This document shows positions 1-10,700 of a DNA stretch of 64,000 nucleotides, piece by piece. How positions within the stretch are numbered: the stretch's first letter is position 1; each line of letters opens with the position of its first letter. The notes under the pieces are model-generated. The model was not told where the DNA came from, made no database searches, and worked only from the letters and a program-made list of their open reading frames with translations. The position numbers and the translations under genes were made by a program. Location: contig NMRA01000801.1 in assembly GCA_002633005.1 (NCBI GenBank), forward strand, positions 76,600 through 140,599, given 5' to 3'. This stretch comes from Phoronis australis. Lineage: Eukaryota; Animalia; Phoronida.

Positions 1-99
1 AACGATTTATTTAAAGTTTTATGTGAAACAAAAATTCTTTTTCCAAAAGATAGATTAGACACCATATCCACAACTTGTTTGAACTTGAACCTTTGGATG

Positions 100-835
100 A
101 GAGCAAAGGGGCATCTGTTCTCCACTGAACCAAATGATGCGAAATTCGCGGTCAACATTTTCTCATCCGTTGTTCAATGTCAGTGTTTTGTCCAAGATTT
201 GTAGATGAGCGCCACCCCATAGTCTACCAATAAATGCATTTCTATCCATGTGAAGCACTAGTTTAGCTTCACACAGTGAAATACTGCTTTTAAGCTTCTC
301 AGATGGATGCTTAAAGCGTTGACTTTTGTTTGTAGGTTTTGTCAACCACATTGTTGAGTCCTCCAAAATTTTGATGACTTCTTCTGTTGGGATAAAGCAG
401 CTCAACGAAGCAAAAGCTCTCTGGAACTGGTCACTTTTTACCACGATTGCATATGGTCTGTTCTTTCCTTACAAATGCACAGGTATAGTCATATCAAGTG
501 AACATGTGTAGGTGTCTAGGAGTGCAGCACACATAGTCCCAATCTCCATCCACACCAGGGATGTAACTCTAGGAGCAACACTAGAATGTCCATGTCATAA
601 ACCCTTATGGTGATGTCACCAGGTGTGCACTTGGATAGAACTGACTCTGTGCATACTCTCCATCTTCAACAAAGTACCGAGTGCACTCTCTCATCACCCC
701 CAAATACACATCCCTTCCATATACAACTGCACTGTACAAGTTGCTCAACCAATCCTTATTGAGAAGGCATGTAGCTCTCATTTCAACGATTCTCTCGTTT
801 CTTGAAGTTTGAGCCTCTTTTCTGTTCAGATCCTT
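100..835 (-). pseudogene. Degraded XPG/FEN1-like nuclease region of an Academ-type DNA transposon protein
   Basis: Across frameshifts on the minus strand: ITIRVYDMDILVLLL (DTDV-like), LHMFT*YDYTCAFVRK/GKNRPY (GCD H3TH-like), LCEAKLVLHMDRNAFIGRLW...NNG*ENVD..FRIIWFSGEQMP, in the order typical of these transposon proteins. Confidence 0.55.
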
Positions 836-945
836 CTATAAAGTTCTCCTCCTACAACACGTATTGTCCCTCGGAGTCCAAACACCCTAGTCTTAAGCAT
901 CTTAAGTTATGAATATGGTGTCCAAACGTGGAACATGCAAATTTC

Positions 946-1272
946 TTATCTCTGTGATTTCATGGTCAAATTAGTTAGAAACACAACATATAGTGACAAT
1001 GTAAGTATGAAGGACGTTGAAAATTGACAACTGTTTTTAAGAATTAGTTTTATGTTGAAAGTAATCCACTGTAAATCGCTCAACCGTGTCCAGTATCGTG
1101 ATGTAGTGTTGGGGAATAACACTGCATGATGCGGGCTATGTGAGCCCCCAAGGTACCTCATCAGTGTTACGGTCATCTTCACATTTACAAGTTGTCAATG
1201 AATACAACTGCACTTTGTTTAGTGTAGATGATGTTCAAATAGCACTGTTGTTTAGTTCCTGCTATACATTAG
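946..1272 (+). repeat. Interspersed non-coding repeat, copy 1 (homolog at 45820-46161)
   Basis: Shared blocks CATGGTCAAATTAG, GGAATAACACTGCATGATGC, TCACATTTACAAGTTGTCA and TTTAGTTCCTGCTATACATTAG. Confidence 0.75.
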
Positions 1273-1469
1273 CATAGTTTGAAGCATGAAAATACATCTT
1301 TAAATAAATCGCTTATTGGTCATTAATTAATAAGTGTCTTAATAACACAAGGATTTTTTGTGTCTTAAGTTGTATTTTTGTTCATTTCAAATAATGTGTT
1401 ATCCATCGCAGAAATGAAAATTGTAGTACCGTATTTCCTCTTTTATACAAGTTTCATTTTTGGGGGTTT

Positions 1470-1522
1470 TGTTATCCCTTAGGGTCTTGTTATCCCTTAG
1501 GGTCTTGTTATCTCTTAGGGTC
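1470..1522 (+). repeat. Short tandem repeat, 3 x ~18 bp (TTGTTATCCCTTAGGGTC)
   Basis: Directly visible. Confidence 0.8.
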
Positions 1523-2271
1523 CAAACGCCCTCATCTCATCTGTGAACTCCAGGAAAAATGGCGCCTTAAGTTGTGGATATGGTGTCCAGAGTTATTAAA
1601 CTATCTTTTGGAAAAAGAATTTTTGTTGCACTTAAAAGTTGAAATACATTCTTGATTAGTCGTTAATTAGTAGGCATCTTAATTAATAACCCAGGGATTT
1701 TCATGTCTTAAGTTGCATCATTTTTAGTTGGAGTGGTGCTTTGAATGACATAAACTTGAAACGAATGTTGCTCTAAAAATCCTGGGCAATTAAATGGATT
1801 TTTGGGTCCTCTTTTGGACCACCCATGGACCAAACCCCAGGTTTGGGCAACTTAATGGTAGGTGATATACAATGGACTTACAAACTCAAACCTTTTACAC
1901 TCAGAAATGTGAAGTCCTGTTGGCTCTCCAACTACATTAGTTTTTAGGCGAACATCGCTTGTGCTGGAGGAAGTCCTTCATGTGCTGTTCCTGATAACCT
2001 AAAACAACTTCTCACTACTGCAAAAACTTTGATGGAAATTTTAGAGCAGTGAGAAGTAGGAAAAGTAGGAACAGACCAAAAAGTAGGAAATTTGGAAAAG
2101 TAGGAACGCTTGAAAGTCTGTTTTTATAGACTTAGAGCCATGAAAACACATCAAAATGTATTTCAAAAGCTGCAATGTAAAATAAATTTGAAAAAATGTG
2201 TATCTGGGCAATTTCTTAAAAACCCATTGACAAACAACTGAAAATTTATGTGCTTTCTGTAAAGGTTTTTC

Positions 2272-5053
2272 TTGTCAGGATGTCTTGTTGTGCCTAACTA
2301 AAGATGTAAGGTTAGCTATGGATAGTAATCTATTTGCTGGGTGCATACTAATTGACCTGTCTAAGGCTCCTTGTTACCAAACTAAAAGCCTGTGGCTGCA
2401 CATTGAATACCTGTAACCTCATAATGTCCTATCTCAGTGATAGAAGGATGAGAGTGAAAATTAGCTCCACTGTCAGTGACTGGTTAAATGTCCCCAAGGG
2501 TGTTCCTCAAGGGTCTGTCTTAGGCCCCATCTTATTCAACATCTTTATCAATGATATATTTTACGCTATAAGCCGTCACTGTAAGTTATATAATTACGCT
2601 GATGACAATACGCTATTGCAAGCAGGCTCCTCATCTGCAGTTAGCCTCAGCCTCAAGGTAGCTGGGCAGATGGCAATGGATTCGTTCTCCTTTAATGGAA
2701 TGGCTGTAAACCTTGGTAAATTTAAGTCAATCATCTTTTCTAGGAATCGTGTACATAATAATGATAGGTATCTCATGTCTGGTGATACTATGATTGAGTG
2801 TGAAGAGTCCATTAAGCTGCTAGGTGTCCAACTTGACAGCCAGTTAAAATTCCATGAGCACGTTGACGTTATTTGCAAAAAAGCTTCTAGACAAATGAAT
2901 GCCTTGTTCCGTCTTCGTAATGTTTTAGGCATTAACAGTAAGCTTACTGTATTCGCTGTAATAACCGCCCATGCCCATATAAGCGCCCTCCCACGCGTTT
3001 TCAGACTTTGCTGAAATAAGCACCCAGTCCATGAACGTGTACATGCAAACGATGTACCCACAGTCCTAAAACTCGGCTACAGTAACGTCTTCAATTTATC
3101 AAAAATTTTTTGCACGGGTCTTCTAGACCACCAGCGGCACTGCTACTTTTGTATTTAGCCGTGATTTTACACTTCAAAGTAACGCAGTGCTTCAAAAAGA
3201 ACGCAACAGCGTTGCTACGTTCTCGCGATGACCGTGTCCCACTATGGTCTGACCTTTCAGTAGACACATCGACTGTCTCATGAATAAAAACAACTCGGGT
3301 GTTAAACGCATGTGGCCAGGAAGCGCACGCTACATACATGAACCTGTCATCAAAGACATTAGTCGGGAACTATCCATTCATGAAAAGGGTAGCATAGCAT
3401 CGATAAGAAATGAATACTGGCACTAATTTCCGACAATTTCTAATGCTATAAAACATGTTTGCGTTATTTTTGAGATGAATTGTTTGATTAACCATAATTG
3501 ATGTTTTTAAGCCGAATATCCGATAAAATGACAACTGACAGTGAATGCTTACACACCCTTACACCGAAAAGTAACTGTCAGATAGTTACGTACTCATCCA
3601 GCTACACAGCGACTAATATGGGCCTTACCGAGACAAATGTCGAGAGTTTTTAGCACGAGACCGGCAAGTGCTGAATGAAACACGCTCTGGTTTAGGCCTA
3701 CTGCTTGTGCAAATTTCTTTAGACACATCTAGCTAGTTATATTGCGTGGCTCTGGCCAAAAGATGGTCTCTGCTTTGGCAAATGAACTCTGGTGTCATGC
3801 ACGCGCTGGCTTACTCGCAGACGAACCTCAAAACAAACGTCACGGGACAACAACATGTGTATTCGTCCAGACAATTTTCTCGCCGTACTGCCAATCATAC
3901 ATGTAGATGGCACGATGTTGCACAGATTTGTACTTAAACCTGCCGTTAATCCAGACTCCATGGGAACTAAAAAAATCTTAGAGACGCTACTTATAAAACT
4001 TAATGAGGATTTCAGGTAATTTGCTTGAGTTGAATCCATTTTTATTCAAGCACTGAAGTCGCCATATCGAAGACAACATTTCGAGGCAGTCAGTCGGCAA
4101 GTTTTCGTCCTGGGATTTCAGCACAATTTTCTGTAAAATGATCGTAATTTAGCAGCAAAGTTTGATAGCAATGCACCCCAGTTTTGTTGAAAGTCTTTCA
4201 TAGATTACATATACGTCACAGAGTGTAAATTTGATGAATCTTAGCTTCCGATTTCACCCGTTTCAGAGACCGGGTTTCAACCGCCTTGGGTTATAATAAG
4301 CGCCCCCCCTAACCGAACTTTTCTAAGCGCCCTGGGCAGTTATTACGGGAAATACGGTAAGTTATATTATGCATTTATAAGATCCTATTTTAATCACTGC
4401 CCCCTGGTTTGGCACCTATGTGGAATACAGAAAAGTGGTAAAATGGAAAAGATACAACACCGTGTTTTAAAATTTGTGTTCAATGACAGCGAGTCAAGCT
4501 ACTCACAACTCTTAGATAAGGCTAGGAGCTGCTCTCTAACTAGTTGGCGGATGAAATGTTTATCTATTGAAGTATTCAAAATGTTCATGTTATTGGACCC
4601 TGTCCTTTGTCAGGAAAGCTTGAATTTAGAGAGTCTGGATACGGTCTCAGAGGTGAAAACTCTCTCTATGTGAAACGCTTTAATAGGATGACTTAAGGAT
4701 GTAACTCAATCTCCCATAAAGGTACTTTGCTGTGGAACTCATTGCCATCAGTAATGAGACAATGTACTACCTTAAATGAATTTACCACTCTTGCTCATGA
4801 TTTTTCTCTGAGATCTGCTCTTGTGAAAACTGATATGGATGTCTACACACTCCGTAACATGTGTGTGTACTTTTGTATTTATATTTATGTTTAAGTTCTG
4901 CATATTCTCCATACTGTAGAATTAGCTAGTATTTTAGTTCTGTATCTGCATTTTGTAGATTTTAAATTTGTCGGATAATAGCACTTGTGCTTAAGTTTCA
5001 TTGTTAAATCTCACCTACTTTTAAATAAAGATTATTGCTACTACTACTACTAC
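2272..5053 (+). mobile_element. 5'-truncated CR1/L2-group LINE (ORF2 reverse transcriptase remnant), interrupted at 2947-4357
   Basis: CILIDLSKA, GVPQGSVLGPILFNIFIND, YADD, KLLGV, then after the insertion FNHCPLVWH...EKIQHRVLK; 3' end AATAAA followed by a (TAC)n tail at 5038-5053; frameshift near 2365. Confidence 0.9.
2947..4357. mobile_element. Non-autonomous Tc1/mariner (pogo/Tigger-like) element with TA TSD
   Basis: Imperfect ~24-bp TIRs CTGTATTCGCTGTAATAACCGCCC / GGGCAGTTATTACGGGAAATACGG, flanked by TA at 2945-46 and 4358-59; its removal restores the LINE reading frame. Confidence 0.85.
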
Positions 5054-6179
5054 AAACACATTTTCCATAAAAGTAGGGAGGACAATCAAAAAGTAGGTCA
5101 CGGTGCTCCATATCTGCCTCCGTGTAATACCCACGTCAGTAAATTACCCGATTTCAGACTTCAAAGTTAACTATAAGACAATTTTGTGTTATAAATCGTT
5201 ACCTTAGTCTTTATTTGTAAGTTTGTAATCTTTTTGTCTCAAATTATTGCTGATAAATCATTTTTTGTAAGCTTTTTTTTAGCGCACGATTTTCCGCCAT
5301 GCGATCAACTTTCGAAAAAGTACCTCTTGTTCCTCCTATCCAAAAGAGCACTATACTCTCAAATACAAACATGAAATTTGGACAGGATGTAGTTTAGATG
5401 CGTGCGCATCTCCTCAAGTTGTTTTCTCGAAGTCTAGGCCAAGTTTTCATGGCGAGTTTTCGATCGTTCGGAAGGCCTAATTTTGGTCGGTCGGGAGATT
5501 GATGTTTTTACAGTTGCGCAATATGCCCCCCAGATTTTTAGATGAGGAATTTATCACTATTTTAATTGGTAATTATTTCTTTTTCAGAAATTCTGTCAAA
5601 CTGCTGCGCATTGGCACTTTTCAAACAGCAGTTGTTAGTTCACTAAGTCGCCGCATGTCAGCGCCACCAGCGGCTACGCTGAAGTTCAATGGCATCGCAA
5701 CTTCACCGTTCGAAATAAAGTTGTTGCAAAGTTTTTGTTGCGTAAATGATGAAATCCTTCATGTTAAGAGTGTTTTGTTTTTCCAAATGGTCTTTTGTCT
5801 ACTTTCTGATGTTTTTTGCCATGATACGATCTAATAGTACATGGGTGGCACCCATCACTGAAAAAAGTGGGTGAGCTATAGCCTCCCCCAGCCCCCTGTC
5901 ACTGTCAGGCAATGATGTGTTGCCCATGTAGTAGTATTCAGGGGCAGATCTAGGATTTTTAGATAGGAGGGGGGCAGGGCAGAGTATTACGCAGGATTTT
6001 ACCCGTAAGATATTTGCACCCTCAAACTGTCAAATGAAATATGGGAGTTTTAGGGGGGCCACGGGCCAGGCCCCCTTGCCCCCCCAAATCCACCAATGTG
6101 ATATTGTGATTTGATGTGAAATTTCCTCCTAGCTCAGATGTATTTATTTCTGAGCTGATGTGGTGTCTTTGCTCTTTAC

Positions 6180-7200
6180 CTTTTAAGCTGTGTAATCCAT
6201 TGTTTTTATCAAACATGATGAGCCTGCTCAACATATGCTAACAACACACGTAAACAGCAATATCTCTGTAGAAATTGATCCCAATTTCATACATTACACA
6301 CCACCATGTTTGTCTCAATGAGACGACTCTTTTCATATGCAGCACATGTATATTTTTTCTTTTATTTTTTTACGAAATTATGTAGAAATGCAGATATTTT
6401 ACGCATAATCGTTGCGCTTCAACGGCCATTTTCTCGTTAACCGCTCGTCCAATTTTTCTGATTTTTGCATGATTTCATTTCTCACACCAAGGGCTTTTCA
6501 AAAATGTATGACACATGGGTATTGTAAAAAAAATTAAAAAACGTTGTCCTCCCTAAAAGTTCAGCCCACTTTTTATTGCAGTTTCAACAGTTCAGCAGAA
6601 CTGTTAAACTGTAACTGCGATCATATGTGGTTAACTATTCAGTACCCAGCACTTCTAAAAAAACAAACAGTTTGTGGGCAACTGCTGAACGAGGTCGACA
6701 CAAACCAGTTTTCAAACAATGAGTGTCAGATGGTGACTCATTCCTCTGACTAAGTCCTAAGGCTAAGCTAGGAACCGGGCTCCAGTTCAGTTGGCGTTCA
6801 GTAACGTTAGGACCTCGCTAAAAAGCTAGATTTCGCAACATTACGTGAGATATTGTCGTGTTTTTCAAATGAGAACATGTGACTTTGGATAGATTTTAGC
6901 TAGGTCCTAGCGTAGGTCCTAGCGCTACTGAACACACGCCGGGGCTTAGGGCTAGGGACAATGCAAAACAGTCACACAGCTGACGATCGACCGACTGCCG
7001 TTGAAGTCCGTTCCACGGCGACTGACATACTAGGAAATTCCAAACCAGAGCGAATCGTGAATCGGAGAACAGAATTATAAGCACAACTTACTTTTACAAT
7101 ACTTAGCGACACACAAAACGCAACGCAATGTAACTAAGTTCGGTGATCTCGATCCCCACTCAGCCCCTTCATTTCGAAACATCGGCCATTTTGTGTTTCC
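6180..7200 (-). other. Candidate 5' exons of an unidentified divergent gene (about 7200-7092, 7029-~6970, 6265-6180)
   Basis: Minus-strand donor AAA|GTAAGT at 7091, acceptor TTTCCTAG ending 7030, acceptor TTTCTACAG ending 6266, donor AAG|GTAAAG at 6179; possible start MLSRLIMFDKNNGLHSLK in the last exon. No recognisable product. Confidence 0.35.
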
Positions 7201-7674
7201 TTATTGCTTTAAAAGACACATTCTGATTGGTTAAAAATTTTTAAGGCGTCGGGTTCGCGAAAACATTTTAGAGTGTTTGTCTCACATATTCAATAATATT
7301 CTGTCTTTAACTCAAAGTAATGCTACAATTTCAATATTTCATTAAATATAAAAAGCTTGAATAGCGAACGATGTCCTTAAACAGTTAAACCAATGTTTTC
7401 TCTTTTCCATCACGAACCAATCAAATTTTGTCTTTCAAGCAGCATTTGGATTAGGCAGACGACGAAAAAGGTCCATTTTGGGCCAGTCCGCAAAAGAGCC
7501 ATTATGTACATTATACAATTTCCGTCATTATATCCAGAACTAAGATGCATGATTTTATAACACTTTCCTGACCATGTTCTCAAAGCGTTCAACTTCTGAC
7601 TGTTTTTTTATCAAGTGTTCACATGCATGATGCCCTCTTTAGTGTTTGGAGGTACGGTTTTAGTTCCCGGCAAA
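7100..7674. promoter_or_regulatory. Putative bidirectional promoter between PIN1 and a divergent minus-strand transcript
   Basis: CpG-retaining segment; oppositely oriented CCAAT boxes (ATTGG 7226-7230, CCAAT 7390-7394 and 7417-7421); YY1-like CAAAATGGCCG on the minus strand near 7182-7192; minus-strand GTAAGT donor at 7091. Confidence 0.5.
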
Positions 7675-7723
7675 ATGCCTCAGTTACCAGAAGGTTGGAA
7701 AGAAAGACAAAGCAATTCTCAAG
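7675..7723 (+). CDS. PIN1: PIN1 coding exon 1 ([17 protein letters not shown])
   Basis: AAAATG start context; LPEGW WW-domain start; phase-1 donor GTTAGC at 7724. Confidence 0.9.
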
Positions 7724-10700
7724 GTTAGCATTTGTTGTTGTTTTTATGGCTAAATAGGATGTCATTTTTATAAATCTTTTGGTGTTCATTTAATAGTTCC
7801 ATATGTGTACAGTATCAACAGTTTCACTGGGTTATAATCAATGTTAGGTTGGCGGAAGAAGTTTAAAGCAAAGCCAGCGAGCTATCTGTAAGAAGAGTCG
7901 TAAGACTATGCCAATAGTCAAAATACAGGTAGGTACCGCTGTGTTTTAATTTTCCATAGACCCCGAACTTGCACACAACCAGGGTAGTTCTGCTCGTCAC
8001 CTGGCTGGGAAACTTGTATCAACATGTAAAGCTAAAGACTGGACGGTGTAATGGCTTTTGGAGAGAGAGAGGAGTGAAGAAGCCGGCTACTACTTTATTG
8101 CGGACTGACTAATTACTGTACAACAACATGTTTTTGCAATACACAAGACCACATGCATATGAGTCAAATTTCATAGAACTGTTTGGCAAGACATATTAAT
8201 AAACCATTCTAGCTAATTGTGCCATATAAGGTAAGTGTAGTTCTAGTACAAATCACAATAATATTACAGACGGGGAGCATGCAAAATCTGGGAATCAACC
8301 GACACTCACCCACAGGCATCCTCGGCTTCTGATCGTCCCCAATCTATATATAACAGGGCTCGTCATAACGGGCTGCAGGTCGCATTTGTAACCTGAAATT
8401 TGGAAATGTGAGCTGAGATTTTTTTCAGCTCATATCAAGTCGCAAAATGCAACCTAGAATTTCCAACGTATGCGAGCTGAGTTTTTGCACTAGTCTCAGC
8501 AGATACCTGGCAAATACAAAGCAGCTCTTGTTAATCCGACCGTTATTTGGTTGTTGCCAAATCCAAGTTCAAAAGAACACTAACCGAGAACAGTCCTCCC
8601 GATGACTTGTAAGCAAGTCGCGTGAACATGGGACATGCAGAATTGATATTTGACACATTTTATTGGCTAACATTTTCGGCCACTTTTGCAAATTTCCGGA
8701 TTCGCTGAAGAAAGTTTCTGGCCTCTGCATAACATGTGAAAAAATGTTTCAAAACAGCAGTGTTTCTACTAATTCTTAAGCAATCAACCTACCAAACTTT
8801 GTGGTGGACAAATATTTTTATTTTCGAGTAAGATGTCCTTATTACATGTACCAAATATCCACGAAAATATCCCTGATATCGCACTGCGGCTCTGGTCGGT
8901 CCCGTTGTTAGCGCGCAAGCAGTCCCGGAAGACGATCGTGACTTAGAAATGTGCATCTCATTTTTTTATCGCATAAGACAGCCTAAGTGAAAATGACAAC
9001 CCTATTAATCGCCAAATGATGGCCATGGCTTTAATTTCAGTTGCCAAGAAATTCTCAAACCCCTTTACTTGTTTCTGGGGCTACGTGCGCGAAATATGAT
9101 TTCTCTTTCACACGTCTTTAGTNCACAGCAATTCATTACAATGCGACTTCATTTTGGCAGTACAGGGGAAGATGTACCACTGAAGAAGGCACCCCTTCAC
9201 GTGATCTAGCTGTACTGAAATAGAAAATCATTCAGTTGAAGGCACTGACACAAGCTTAAAAATCATTTAAAATACTCCAGTAACTTTTTAAAATTCATGA
9301 AAATTCACTTCCTTACTCTACTTGAAATTCACTGTGCAAAATGGCCCTAAAAATAGATATGATGTGATCAAAAGACACTGCATTATTTGTTTACTTGGCT
9401 GCCATGACAAATCACGTGGAAGTGGAAAATCCACAGCTTTCATCAAACTTTGTATCTTTTGCGCACTCAACTCTGGTTACATTTGTATTGCGATTGGTGC
9501 ATTATTTAGAGGGGGTGGTGTACTCATAAAAACGGGCGAAAAATTTTCTTTTTTCTTGACGTAGAAATTTCCAATTAATTTTAAATTTTACAAAAAACAG
9601 GACTTCTAATAAAAATAAAAATTCTTCGTCAATATTCAAAAAATTTGACCATATTTTCGCACACAAATAACCTTCACACCCCTTCGTAAGGACTATCCTA
9701 TGTGGGCAAACTAGGTCACTGCCGGTATGCCGTCCATTTTGGGTGGTTGGTGAATTTTGAGCTCAAGGTCGAAATTAAACGTCCCGTGGAGTATGAAAAT
9801 GCAGATGAAGTCCCTGAAAAGATTTGGAGATAGTATGCTGAGTGTTTCTGGACCTGTTAATGTGAGTTTTGTTTGATAGGTTAAATTTTCACGCGCGTTA
9901 AAAAATTTTAAACGNTGACGTAGAAATTTCCAATTAATTTTAAATTTTACAAAAAATAGGACTTCTAATAAAAATAAAAATTCTTCGTCAAGATTCCAAA
10001 AATTTGACCATATCTTCGCACGCAAATAACCTTCACACCCCTTCGTAAGGACTATCCTATGTGGGCAAACTCGGTCACTTGCCGGTATGTCGTCCATTTT
10101 GGGTGGTTGGTGAATTTTGAGCTCAAGTTCGAAATTAAACGTCCCGTGGAGTATGAAAATGCAGATGAAGTCCATGAAAAGATTTGGAGATAGTATACTG
10201 AGTGTTTCTGGACCTGTTAATGTGAGTTTTGTTTGATAGGTTAAATTTTCACGCGCGTTAAAAATTTTTAAACGTTGATGTTCAGCACGGCAAAATCACC
10301 GACACGCGGAAGTGACGTCACCAGCCAATATTTCAAAAGTGGTTTTAGATACACTCACATAAAACTTTTGCGCACGTCGGGGACATGTGACACTTGAATG
10401 CAGTCCAGTCCAATATTTTAAGGGGACGTTGGCCTATAAAGAACCGGACGAAGAATTTTGAAAAAAAAAATAACTTGTATTTATTTTGCTCTAAAGTTGA
10501 AATTTAACAAAAATTTTATGTTTAAGGACGAAATTAAAAATTCTTCGTCCGGAAAGTGAAAATTTGACCTTTCTTTTATATAAAAACATGTAATGCACCC
10601 CCCCAGCTGGTGAATCCAACATGCGCAAAGAGCTGAAAAATGCCTACTTGTCGGTGCCGCGGTTTCACGAGACTGGGATTCCTGAACCTGGACCTTCATT

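Noticed and set aside
2594-3061. 155-aa minus-strand ORF
   Set aside because: It is the antisense shadow of the LINE reverse transcriptase ORF.
9711-10699. ORFs 9711..10175 and 10481..10699 (and twins 20430..20744, 21052..21270) as genes
   Set aside because: They lie in a non-coding repeat, have no recognisable domain, and one depends on an n join.
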